Of a stretch of DNA of 64,000 nucleotides, positions 40,098 to 48,260 are shown piece after piece (within the stretch, counting starts at the first letter, position 1; each line of letters starts with the position of its first letter). Under the pieces are notes generated by a model. It ran no database searches and was not told the origin of the DNA. It saw only the letters and a list, made by a program, of their open reading frames with translations. The stretch is from a virus: IMG/VR virus record IMGVR_UViG_3300033994_001756, positions 32,001-96,000 of that record; one strand, written 5' to 3'. Made by a program: the position numbers and the translations under genes.

Positions 40098-41204
40098 ATG
40101 ACTCAAATGATTGATCAGCTTGTTCAAAACCTGACTGCTCTTTACGGCGAAACTGTGACTCGCCAACAACTGATTGAATATGCTGCAAACTCAAACACTT
40201 CCCTTGCAACTATTTGCAAGACACTTGAACCTAACAAATCTGGTCGTGGAGTCTGGAATTTGACTGTAACTGAACAACTTGAAAAGACCTTTAATTCTAT
40301 GTCTGCAACTCCTGCTACACCTGTAGTTAGCTTCATTCCCCAGAAAGACAAAAACTATGTCTCGTTTGGCAACTTCAGTGATGTGAAGCGAATTGTCAAG
40401 TCTGGGATGTTCTATCCTGTTTTCATCACTGGTCTTTCTGGTAACGGTAAAACTGTCAGCGTGGAGCAAGCTTGTGCTCACCTGAAGCGTGAACTGATTC
40501 GTGTCAACATCACTATTGAGACCGATGAGGATGATCTGCTGGGTGGCTTCCGACTTGTTGATGGGGAAACCGTATGGCATGATGGTCCTGTAGTCAATGC
40601 CCTGAAGCGTGGTGCAGTCCTTCTGCTTGATGAGATCGACCTTGCTTCTAACAAGATCATGTGTCTACAGTCTGTGCTAGAAGGTAAGGGTGTTTTTCTA
40701 AAGAAGATCAACCAGTATGTAACTCCCACTGCTGGCTTCAACGTCATCGCCACTGCCAACACCAAAGGTAAAGGTTCTGATGATGGTCGTTTCATTGGCA
40801 CCAACGTGATGAACGAAGCATTCCTTGAGCGTTTCCCCATCACGTTTGAGCAACCTTATCCTTCTATGGCGACTGAGAAAAAGATTCTCATGAACCTGAT
40901 GAACTCTTTTGAAGTTGTTGATGAAGAGTTTGTTGACAAGCTGATTGTCTGGGCAGATACTATTCGTAAGACCTTCTATGATGGTGGCGTAGATGAAATC
41001 ATCACCACTCGTCGTCTGGTTCATATCGTTCAGTCATTTGCTATCTTTAAGAATCGCAAGAAGGCTATCAATGTTTGTATCAATCGTTTTGATGATGACA
41101 CCAAGAGTTCCTTCCTAGATCTCTACAAGAACATTGATGCTTCTGCTCTAGATACCACTGAGGAAAGTGTGGTAGATCAAGAAGCACTTGACAGCTCTAT
41201 CTGA
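40098..41204 (+). CDS. cobS: CobS-like MoxR-family AAA+ ATPase
   Basis: GLSGNGKT, ETDEDDLLGG, LLLDEID, ATANTKGKG and NEAFLERF motifs. Confidence 0.93.
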   Translation: MTQMIDQLVQNLTALYGETVTRQQLIEYAANSNTSLATICKTLEPNKSGRGVWNLTVTEQLEKTFNSMSATPATPVVSFIPQKDKNYVSFGNFSDVKRIVKSGMFYPVFITGLSGNGKTVSVEQACAHLKRELIRVNITIETDEDDLLGGFRLVDGETVWHDGPVVNALKRGAVLLLDEIDLASNKIMCLQSVLEGKGVFLKKINQYVTPTAGFNVIATANTKGKGSDDGRFIGTNVMNEAFLERFPITFEQPYPSMATEKKILMNLMNSFEVVDEEFVDKLIVWADTIRKTFYDGGVDEIITTRRLVHIVQSFAIFKNRKKAINVCINRFDDDTKSSFLDLYKNIDASALDTTEESVVDQEALDSSI

Positions 41205-41216
41205 TTGATGTATACT
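41188..41216 (+). promoter_or_regulatory. Sigma70-type promoter for the gp45 operon
   Basis: TTGACA-N17-TATACT. Confidence 0.85.
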
Positions 41217-41217
41217 A

Positions 41218-41240
41218 GGGGAGTTCTCTCCCCATTTTTT
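41218..41240 (+). terminator. Rho-independent terminator after cobS
   Basis: GGGGAG-TTCT-CTCCCC-A-T6. Confidence 0.8.
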
Positions 41241-41257
41241 ATTCGGAGATTTTAATT

Positions 41258-41572
41258 ATGCAATGGAAGTACAACGAAGACAGAATCTTCAAGGATATTG
41301 AGGAGTATGTAGTAAGTACTTATGGAAGCCATTACTGTGGTCACGATGAAGATTATCGTGATGTTCAGACTATTGATCTTATGGCAGCCAAAGGATTGGC
41401 TCAAGACTTCTGTCAAGCCAATATCCTGAAGTACGGCTCACGCTATGGTGATAAAGATGGTCACAACAAACGTGATCTAATGAAAGTCATTCACTACGCT
41501 ATGCTTCTGCTTCATTTTGACAAGCATTATTCACGTACCAATAACGGTCTCCAGGAGTTCAAATCTGTATGA
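41258..41572 (+). CDS. Conserved hypothetical protein (DUF3310-like)
   Basis: TY..HY, FCQANILKY..RYG.K.G....DL.K..HY motifs. Confidence 0.75.
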   Translation: MQWKYNEDRIFKDIEEYVVSTYGSHYCGHDEDYRDVQTIDLMAAKGLAQDFCQANILKYGSRYGDKDGHNKRDLMKVIHYAMLLLHFDKHYSRTNNGLQEFKSV

Positions 41573-42237
41573 AAATTTCTAACGAAACACTGAATGTTCT
41601 AAAGAATTTCTCTACCATCAACTCTTCACTTGTCGTGAAATCGGGTAGTGTTATTCGTACTGTTTCTCCAGTAAAAAATATTCTTGCAGAGTATACTTGC
41701 ACTGAAACCTTTGAGCAGAATTTTGCTCTGTATGACTTGAACGAATTCCTTGGTGGACTTACTTTGTTTAAGGATCCTGAATTTGTATTTGACAACCCTA
41801 GTTATTTGACTATTAAAAGTGGTCGTTCAAAGGTAAAGTATTTCTTTTCAGATCCGAATCTGATTGCCAGCCCATCTGACAAGCAAATTCCAATGGATGG
41901 GGAAAATGTAGAGTTTGAACTTGGAGAAGAGGTTCTTTCTTCGCTTTTAAAAGCTGCGAGCGTGTATCAGCTAAAAGATCTATCTCTAATTAGTGAAGAT
42001 GGAGAAATCAATCTTGTAGTTCGCAACAAAGACAACGACACATCAAATAGTTTCTCAGCTAAAGTTGGTGAGACTGATAATCAATTTGTCTTCAACTTTA
42101 AAATTGAAAATATCAAGATCATTCCTGATGTGTACAAAGTCTTAGTGTCTCCGCAGAATGTATCTCAGTTTATTAGTTCCAAATACAATCTTCAATATTG
42201 GATTGCCCTTGAACCAGATTCTACTTTTGGAGGTTGA
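41569..42237 (+). CDS. gp45: Sliding clamp gp45
   Basis: MKISNETLNVLKNFSTIN, YDLNEFL and YWIALEPDS motifs. Confidence 0.96.
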   Translation: MKISNETLNVLKNFSTINSSLVVKSGSVIRTVSPVKNILAEYTCTETFEQNFALYDLNEFLGGLTLFKDPEFVFDNPSYLTIKSGRSKVKYFFSDPNLIASPSDKQIPMDGENVEFELGEEVLSSLLKAASVYQLKDLSLISEDGEINLVVRNKDNDTSNSFSAKVGETDNQFVFNFKIENIKIIPDVYKVLVSPQNVSQFISSKYNLQYWIALEPDSTFGG

Positions 42238-42241
42238 TTAA

Positions 42242-43189
42242 ATGATTCGTAATGATTTTCTGTGGGTTGAAAAGTATCGTCCACAAAAAGTAAGTGACTG
42301 TATTCTTCCAAAAAATGTAAAGGATACATTTCAAAATTTTGTAGAGAAGGGAGAAATCCCTAATCTACTTTTGTGTGGTCCTCCAGGCATTGGTAAGACC
42401 ACCATCGCCAAGGCACTATGCAATGAACTAGGAGTAGATTTTTATGTCATCAACGGATCTGATGAAGGACGATTTCTGGACACGGTACGGAACCAAGCAA
42501 AAAACTTTGCATCGACCGTCTCACTTCAAGGAAATGGTAAACCAAAAGTCATCATCATTGACGAGGCAGATAACACAACCAACGACGTTCAACTCCTCCT
42601 ACGGGCTAATATTGAGACGTTTCATAGCAACTGCAGATTCATCTTCACCTGCAACTACAAGAATAAAATCATTGAACCGCTACAATCTAGGTGTGCCGTC
42701 TTCGATTTCGGTATCACAGGGAAGGACAAGCCAAGAGTTGCAGGACAATTCTTCAACCGTATCCGGACTATTCTTGAGGAAGAGAATGTCCAATATGATG
42801 AAAAGGTTGTTGCAGAAGTAATCAATAAATTCTTTCCTGATTGGCGTAGGGTTCTCAATGAACTCCAACGATATGCATCTTCTGGAATTATTGATATTGG
42901 AGTTCTGGCTTCGGTTAGCGATATCAACCTGAAGAATCTTGTAAATTCTCTAAAGGAAAAGAACTTCAAAGAGGTTCGTAAGTGGGTTGTGGAGAATCTT
43001 GATAATGATGTGAATTCTATTATCCGAAAGATCTACAATACTATGTACGAGTGTTTGGATGCTGGGTCGATTCCTCAAGCAGTATTGATTCTTGCTAAGT
43101 ATCAGTATCAATCAGCATTTGTTGCTGATCAAGAGATCAATACTCTTGCTTGCTTCACTGAAATTATGTGTGACTGTAAATTTAAATAA
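42242..43189 (+). CDS. gp44: Clamp loader large subunit gp44
   Basis: LWVEKYRP, GPPGIGKTT, IIDEAD and SRC motifs. Confidence 0.97.
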   Translation: MIRNDFLWVEKYRPQKVSDCILPKNVKDTFQNFVEKGEIPNLLLCGPPGIGKTTIAKALCNELGVDFYVINGSDEGRFLDTVRNQAKNFASTVSLQGNGKPKVIIIDEADNTTNDVQLLLRANIETFHSNCRFIFTCNYKNKIIEPLQSRCAVFDFGITGKDKPRVAGQFFNRIRTILEEENVQYDEKVVAEVINKFFPDWRRVLNELQRYASSGIIDIGVLASVSDINLKNLVNSLKEKNFKEVRKWVVENLDNDVNSIIRKIYNTMYECLDAGSIPQAVLILAKYQYQSAFVADQEINTLACFTEIMCDCKFK

Positions 43190-43578
43190 TGTACGATCTC
43201 AAAGACTATCTAAATTCAATCAATACCACTAAACAGAACTTGATCGACTCCGACGCAGAGGCGGAGTCCAAGTATCTTCCATACATTGTTAATAGGTGCT
43301 ATTCTGGTTTTATTGATACTATTCTTCTTGCTAATGAGATGAATTTAAATTCTCATATTGACAAGAAACTTCAATATGATTTTTATATAAATATTATCAG
43401 ACCAAAGAAACGTTTCTCTCCTTGGTTAAAGAAAGAGAAATTAGATTCATTGGAATGCATTAAAGAATATTATGGCTATAGTGATGAAAAGGCTAAGGTT
43501 GCCTTGAAAATATTAACAGACGAACAAATTGAATTTATCAGAACGAGATTGAATCGTGGAGGAAAAAATGAACGTTGA
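43189..43578 (+). CDS. gp62: Clamp loader small subunit gp62
   Basis: YLNSIN, ANEMN, KRFSPW and YYGYSDEKA motifs. Confidence 0.94.
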   Translation: MYDLKDYLNSINTTKQNLIDSDAEAESKYLPYIVNRCYSGFIDTILLANEMNLNSHIDKKLQYDFYINIIRPKKRFSPWLKKEKLDSLECIKEYYGYSDEKAKVALKILTDEQIEFIRTRLNRGGKNER

Positions 43579-43990
43579 TAGTGAAGTGAGTTGGTCACCA
43601 GATCAAATGGTTGAAGTAACTCTAAATGAGCCAGATGACTTTCTAAAAGTCAGGGAAACTCTAACTCGTATTGGAGTTGCATCACGAAAAGAAAAGAAGC
43701 TATATCAATCTTGCCATATTCTTCATAAGCAAGGTAGATATTATATTGTACACTTTAAAGAGCTTTTTGCATTAGATGGCAAAAGAGCCAATCTATTCTT
43801 GAACGATGTTCAACGAAAGAATAGAATTGCTCAGCTACTTCAGGATTGGGGTCTTGTACAGATTGTAAATGCTGAACAAGTAGCAGACGCAGCACCGCTG
43901 AGTCAGATTAAAGTTCTTTCATTCAAAGACAAACCAGAGTGGACTCTGGAAAGTAAATACAACATTGGCAAAAAGAAACAGCCAGAATAG
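43568..43990 (+). CDS. regA: Translational repressor RegA
   Basis: PDDFLKVRETLTRIG and LYQSCHILHKQGRYYIVHFKELF motifs. ATG at 43568 follows GGAGG (track start 43556). Confidence 0.96.
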   Translation: MNVDSEVSWSPDQMVEVTLNEPDDFLKVRETLTRIGVASRKEKKLYQSCHILHKQGRYYIVHFKELFALDGKRANLFLNDVQRKNRIAQLLQDWGLVQIVNAEQVADAAPLSQIKVLSFKDKPEWTLESKYNIGKKKQPE

Positions 43991-43993
43991 TAG

Positions 43994-44020
43994 AAAGGGG
44001 GCTTTAAGCCCCTTTTTTTT
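43994..44020. terminator. Probably bidirectional terminator between regA and the convergent minus-strand unit
   Basis: AAAGGGGGC-TTTAA-GCCCC-T8. Confidence 0.88.
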
Positions 44021-44165
44021 ATTTCATTGCCATTACAAGTTGTGCTTCTTTCAGTTTATTTTCTTTTTCAATCTGACTGCGAATTACTGCTAGCCAGTTA
44101 GAAGCAATTTGATTTTGGCGTGTATCGGTGTCGTATTTGGCACCACGATAAGTTGCTTGTGACAT
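44019..44165 (-). CDS. DUF4278-like small protein (48 aa, below the track cut-off)
   Basis: MSQATYRGAKYDTDTRQNQIASNWLAVIRSQIEKENKLKEAQLVMAMK. N-terminal TYRGxxY is the DUF4278 hallmark; AAGGAGA SD at 44178-44172. Confidence 0.85.
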   Translation of the reverse strand: MSQATYRGAKYDTDTRQNQIASNWLAVIRSQIEKENKLKEAQLVMAMK

Positions 44166-44195
44166 TAGGTTTCTCCTTAATTTTTAGGCTAAAGA

Positions 44196-44293
44196 GCGTT
44201 CCTTCAGTCGGCTTTTGCGTCCTCTATGAGGATGAACGATCCGTTCCGAGTCGGCTTACTTCCGTTCGCTATTTGCGAATAGCGAATGAACGT
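44196..44293 (-). ncRNA. Tandem glutamine-riboswitch-like aptamers (glnA / Downstream-peptide motif family)
   Basis: Minus strand, aptamer 1: CGTTCA-TTCGCTATT(cgca)AATAGCGAA-CGGAAGTAAGCCGACTCGGAACG. Aptamer 2: ATCGTTCA-TCCTC(ata)GAGGA-CGCAAAAGCCGACTGAAGGAACGC. Each has a P1 CGTTC/GAACG and a P2 hairpin; both lie 5' of a DUF4278-like ORF. Confidence 0.85.
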
Positions 44294-44317
44294 ATTATTA
44301 TATATGCAAGTATAATT

Positions 44318-44331
44318 GTAACATTTGATAC
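44318..44331. promoter_or_regulatory. NtcA binding site GTA-N8-TAC
   Basis: GTAACATTTGATAC, with GTAAC/GATAC half-sites. On the minus strand it lies 15 nt upstream of a TATAAT (44302-44297) that precedes the aptamers. Confidence 0.75.
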
Positions 44332-44335
44332 TGTT

Positions 44336-44656
44336 TTAATCTCGTTGTCTCCAGTCTTCTGGTTTATCTTCGGTGAAAAAATCTACAATATCATCTACGG
44401 TATCAAATCTACTGATTCCTTTTCGTTCATTTCCAAATCCACCAATATCAAGTTGATTTAAGAAATCATCTAGATCACCTTCTTGCATGTCTGGGTTTTC
44501 TGCTCTACGTCTTGCCTGGCGGAGCATAGTTCCTGCAGTTCTGTTTGCTTGTGCCAATTTCTCTGCCCAAATAATATCTTGCAATGAAACTTCGTTCCCA
44601 TCCACGATGTTATTGCAAATTGCTTCTAGTTTGAGTCGATAATTTGTAGAGAGCAT
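44336..44656 (-). CDS. Hypothetical protein (106 aa)
   Basis: Fills the gap between the riboswitch promoter and the hsp20 promoter; minus-strand ATAAATA at 44685-44679 upstream. Confidence 0.8.
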   Translation of the reverse strand: MLSTNYRLKLEAICNNIVDGNEVSLQDIIWAEKLAQANRTAGTMLRQARRRAENPDMQEGDLDDFLNQLDIGGFGNERKGISRFDTVDDIVDFFTEDKPEDWRQRD

Positions 44657-44793
44657 AATATGTACACTGATTATACTGTATTTATTTTCGGAAATCCGAA
44701 CTGGACATTCGACGATAATTATATATATAATTGTGAAGAGATGCCTTCGGGGTCTCTAGAAATAACTCTCGCTTACCAAGGAGATTAATAACA

Positions 44794-45258
44794 ATGAGAT
44801 TCACTACTCAATCACTAGACACATTTTGGACCGAATACGCTCCACTTGCTGTAGGTCTGGATGAAATGTTTAACCGATTAGATTCAATGCAAAATTCGGT
44901 AAACGTAAACTATCCTCCCTACAACATCGTCAAACATGACAACAGTAACTACACAGTTGAAGTCGCTCTTGCAGGATTTAAACCAGAAGAGATTGAAGTC
45001 TTTACAGAACAAAACATTCTCACAATTGCCAGCAAAGTTGAGGAACGAGATACTACAAGACAGTATGTACACCAAGGTCTATCAAAACGTTCCTTCACCC
45101 GTAAGATTCAACTCTCCGATGAACATAGAGTATCCTCTGTGAATTTTGAACATGGACTATTATCTGTAGACATTGAAAAAATTATTCCCGATCATCAAAA
45201 GAAAACAACCTGGGATATTCCAGGAGTCAAGACTGAAAAAGCTCTCTTGACAGAATAA
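44794..45258 (+). CDS. hsp20: Small heat-shock protein Hsp20 (IbpA-like)
   Basis: NYPPYNIVK, VEVALAGF, YVHQGLSKRSF and FEHGLL motifs; AAGGAG SD. Confidence 0.96.
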   Translation: MRFTTQSLDTFWTEYAPLAVGLDEMFNRLDSMQNSVNVNYPPYNIVKHDNSNYTVEVALAGFKPEEIEVFTEQNILTIASKVEERDTTRQYVHQGLSKRSFTRKIQLSDEHRVSSVNFEHGLLSVDIEKIIPDHQKKTTWDIPGVKTEKALLTE

Positions 45259-45331
45259 ATAGAGTTGGGAAATCCCCAAATATCGTCGGCACAGACCCAC
45301 CCTGGCAACTTTCAGGGATCGGGTCTTTTTT
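45255..45331 (+). ncRNA. Candidate late small RNA / structured terminator after hsp20
   Basis: ATAAATA overlaps the hsp20 stop, followed by hairpin TTGGG-aaatc-CCCAA, linker ATATCGTCGGCAC, and a bulged stem AGACCC.ac.CCTG-gcaacttt-CAGG.gatc.GGGTCT then a T run. Confidence 0.5.
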
Positions 45332-45332
45332 C

Positions 45333-45361
45333 TTGACATGGGCTCCTGGGTATGCTATACT
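45333..45361 (+). promoter_or_regulatory. Sigma70-type promoter for the gp43 unit
   Basis: TTGACA-N17-TATACT with TG extension. Confidence 0.88.
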
Positions 45362-45389
45362 ACATAGAGTTGTTCCCATGGACCCTGCC

Positions 45390-45755
45390 ATGAATATTAA
45401 ACTGATTCAACTTATCAACAATGATTATATTATCTGTGAATATGAGGAGCTAGACGAAGAACCTTCTCTATACATGAAAAATCCATATCGAGTTCTAGAC
45501 CTGACTTATTGGGATTACAATGATAAGGATAAACATTTCCCTCCAGATAATGCAGTATTTTTACGGACCACGGAAGAAAAAAATATCAAAGACGAAAAGG
45601 AAATTACAACTATTCAAACTGATTATGCTCAACTGGTTAGGTATCCTCTATTTACAGAAGACGTAGATATTCTTCTCAATTCAGATAAAATCATGACCAT
45701 AGTAGAACCCTGTCCAGAAATTCTAACCCTATACACTCAACTGATTGCTAAATGA
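45390..45755 (+). CDS. Conserved hypothetical protein upstream of gp43 (Sm-like fold likely)
   Basis: MNIKLIQLINNDYIIC...KNPY...DKIMTIVEP. The track start (45333) falls in the -35 box, so the real start is 45390 or 45378. Confidence 0.7.
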   Translation: MNIKLIQLINNDYIICEYEELDEEPSLYMKNPYRVLDLTYWDYNDKDKHFPPDNAVFLRTTEEKNIKDEKEITTIQTDYAQLVRYPLFTEDVDILLNSDKIMTIVEPCPEILTLYTQLIAK

Positions 45756-48244
45756 GGTTTTACACCAATGTACAACTAATTCGTGATGTAGTCCACTATC
45801 GTGGGTACAACAACGGAGTCAAGGAAATCTTCCAAGATACCTTTTCTCCCACATTGTTTGTGCCCTCGCCAAAACCTACTAAGTATAAAACCCTTACTGG
45901 TGATTATGTTAGTCCTATTGAATTTACTAGGACTAACGAAGCAAAAGACTTTCTAAAAAAGTACGATGGTGTAGACAACTTTACAGTGTATGGATATGAA
46001 AGGTTTTTGTATCAATACATAGCAGATCAATTTCCAGAGGACGAGATCAAATTTGATATCTCTTCTATGCACATTGTATCTCTAGACATTGAGGTGGCTT
46101 GTGAAAACGGGTTCCCGAATGTAGAGGCAGCTGCAGAAGAAATGCTCTGCATTACTGTAAAGGATATCAATACTAAACAAATCATTGTGTGGGGTGTCCG
46201 TGAATATGAAAACACTCGCTTAGATGTAGAATATCGAGTATTTTGGACCGAGCAAGAAATGCTTTCAAACTTTCTTGAATGGTGGGTTCAAAATACTCCT
46301 GATGTGGTTACTGGGTGGAACGTGACTTTGTATGACATCCCATACATTATGAGAAGGTTGGAGAAGGTACTGTCCACCAAACACATGAAGTCGATTTCCC
46401 CCTGGACAGTTGCCACCAACAGGGAAGTTGTGATCATGGGTAGGGCTCATATCATTTATGAGATTGCAGGACTATCTGTACTGGACTATCTGGATCTGTA
46501 CAAGAAGTTTACTTATACAAACAGAGAATCCTACCGACTAGATTACATCGCCCAAGTAGAACTAGGAGAACAAAAGCTCGATCACTCTGAGTTTGAAAAC
46601 TTCAAAGAATTTTATACCAGGGACTGGCAGAAGTTTATTGATTACAACATTCGTGACGTAGAACTTGTCGATCGTCTCGATGACAAGATGAAGCTGATTG
46701 AACTTGCTATTACGATGGCATATGACGCAAAAGAGAATTTTGAAGATGTATATTCTCAGGTAAAAACTTGGGACAATATTATCTTCAATTATTTGAAGAA
46801 GGGTCACATTGTAGTTCCCCCAAAGATTAGCCAGAAGAAAGATTATGCATATGAAGGAGCTTATGTAAAGGATCCCATAATCGGTAAGCATGATTGGGTG
46901 GTGAGTTTTGACTTGAACTCACTATATCCACACTTGATCATGCAGTACAATATTTCTCCTGAAACATTATTGACTGAACGATTCCCTGGTATAACAGTAG
47001 ATAAAATCCTACAGAAATCAGTAGATACAAGTTCACTAGAGTGTGCATCGGTCTGTGCAAATGGTGCAATGTATGATACCCATGAGATGGGGTTTCTTCC
47101 AAAGCTTATGCAGAAGATGTATGATGACCGAGTTATCTTCAAGAAAAAGATGCTTGAATCTAAAAAGCTTTATGAAGAAACTAAAGATAAGAAGCATCTG
47201 AAAGATATCGCACGATATGAAAACAATCAGATGGCACGTAAGATTGCACTAAACTCTGCTTATGGTGCGATTGGAAATGAATACTTCAGGTATTTTCTAA
47301 TTACTAATGCAGAAGCAATCACCCTATCTGGTCAAGTTTCAATCCGCTGGATTGAGAACAAAATGAATGCATATCTAAATAAACTGTTGAAAACAGATGG
47401 GGAGGATTATGTTATTGCTTCTGATACCGATTCCATTTATCTTAATCTGGGTCCTTTGGTTCAAACTATATACAAGGGAAGAGAGGAAGCTCCTGAGAAA
47501 ATTGTCGGGTTCCTTGATAAGATCTGTAAAGTGGAACTTGAACCTTATATTGAAAGTTGCTACCAAGAACTGGCAACGTATGTGAATGCGTATGACCAGA
47601 AGATGAAGATGAAACGAGAGAACATTGCAGACAAAGGAATTTGGACTGCGAAGAAACGTTACATGCTCAACGTCTGGGATTCAGAAGGTGTACGATATGA
47701 AAGTCCCAAGATGAAAATCATGGGATTGGAAACTGCCAGATCATCTACACCATCATATTTTAGGGACAAGTTGTTCAAAGCATTTCAAATTATTCTAACC
47801 AAAGATAATGATACATTGATCAATTTCATTAATCAGGTTAAAACTGATACGAGGAAACAAGATGTTGTAGACATTTCATTTCCAAGAAGCCTGAACAATC
47901 TTCATAAGTATAAGGGATCTTCTACTTTATATGCAGAGAAAACTCCAATCCAAGTACGGGGTGCTATTCTGTACAACCATCTGGTAAAAACTAAAAAACT
48001 GAATAACAAATATCCATATATCCAGGAAGGGGAAAAGGTTAAGTTTGTATACTTGAAAGTTCCTAACCCCATTCAAGAAAATGTAATTTCATATTTTCAA
48101 ACACTTCCATCAGAGTTTAACCTAGAAAAGTATATTGATTACAATATGCAATTCTCCAAGAGCTTCCTTGAACCACTAAACTCTGTGTTAAATTCGATCG
48201 GATGGGTATCCGAAAGACGTGGTACACTAGAAGCATTCCTATAA
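45752..48244 (+). CDS. gp43: Family B DNA polymerase gp43
   Basis: Exonuclease DIE; [22 protein letters not shown] and KKRY motifs. Confidence 0.98.
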   Translation: MRFYTNVQLIRDVVHYRGYNNGVKEIFQDTFSPTLFVPSPKPTKYKTLTGDYVSPIEFTRTNEAKDFLKKYDGVDNFTVYGYERFLYQYIADQFPEDEIKFDISSMHIVSLDIEVACENGFPNVEAAAEEMLCITVKDINTKQIIVWGVREYENTRLDVEYRVFWTEQEMLSNFLEWWVQNTPDVVTGWNVTLYDIPYIMRRLEKVLSTKHMKSISPWTVATNREVVIMGRAHIIYEIAGLSVLDYLDLYKKFTYTNRESYRLDYIAQVELGEQKLDHSEFENFKEFYTRDWQKFIDYNIRDVELVDRLDDKMKLIELAITMAYDAKENFEDVYSQVKTWDNIIFNYLKKGHIVVPPKISQKKDYAYEGAYVKDPIIGKHDWVVSFDLNSLYPHLIMQYNISPETLLTERFPGITVDKILQKSVDTSSLECASVCANGAMYDTHEMGFLPKLMQKMYDDRVIFKKKMLESKKLYEETKDKKHLKDIARYENNQMARKIALNSAYGAIGNEYFRYFLITNAEAITLSGQVSIRWIENKMNAYLNKLLKTDGEDYVIASDTDSIYLNLGPLVQTIYKGREEAPEKIVGFLDKICKVELEPYIESCYQELATYVNAYDQKMKMKRENIADKGIWTAKKRYMLNVWDSEGVRYESPKMKIMGLETARSSTPSYFRDKLFKAFQIILTKDNDTLINFINQVKTDTRKQDVVDISFPRSLNNLHKYKGSSTLYAEKTPIQVRGAILYNHLVKTKKLNNKYPYIQEGEKVKFVYLKVPNPIQENVISYFQTLPSEFNLEKYIDYNMQFSKSFLEPLNSVLNSIGWVSERRGTLEAFL

Positions 48245-48260
48245 AATTAATGAGGTAATT

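Noticed and set aside
43358-43386. TTGACA inside gp62 (also at 49081 in uvsX)
   Set aside because: No -10 hexamer at 16-18 nt spacing.
44120-44461. 113-aa plus-strand ORF in the track
   Set aside because: Antisense to the DUF4278-like gene, the riboswitch and the 106-aa gene; starts right after a terminator; no SD.
44662-44676. Second NtcA-like site GTACACTGATTATAC
   Set aside because: Spacer is 9 nt, not 8.
45333-45389. N-terminal extension of the ORF upstream of gp43
   Set aside because: The TTG start is the -35 hexamer of the promoter.
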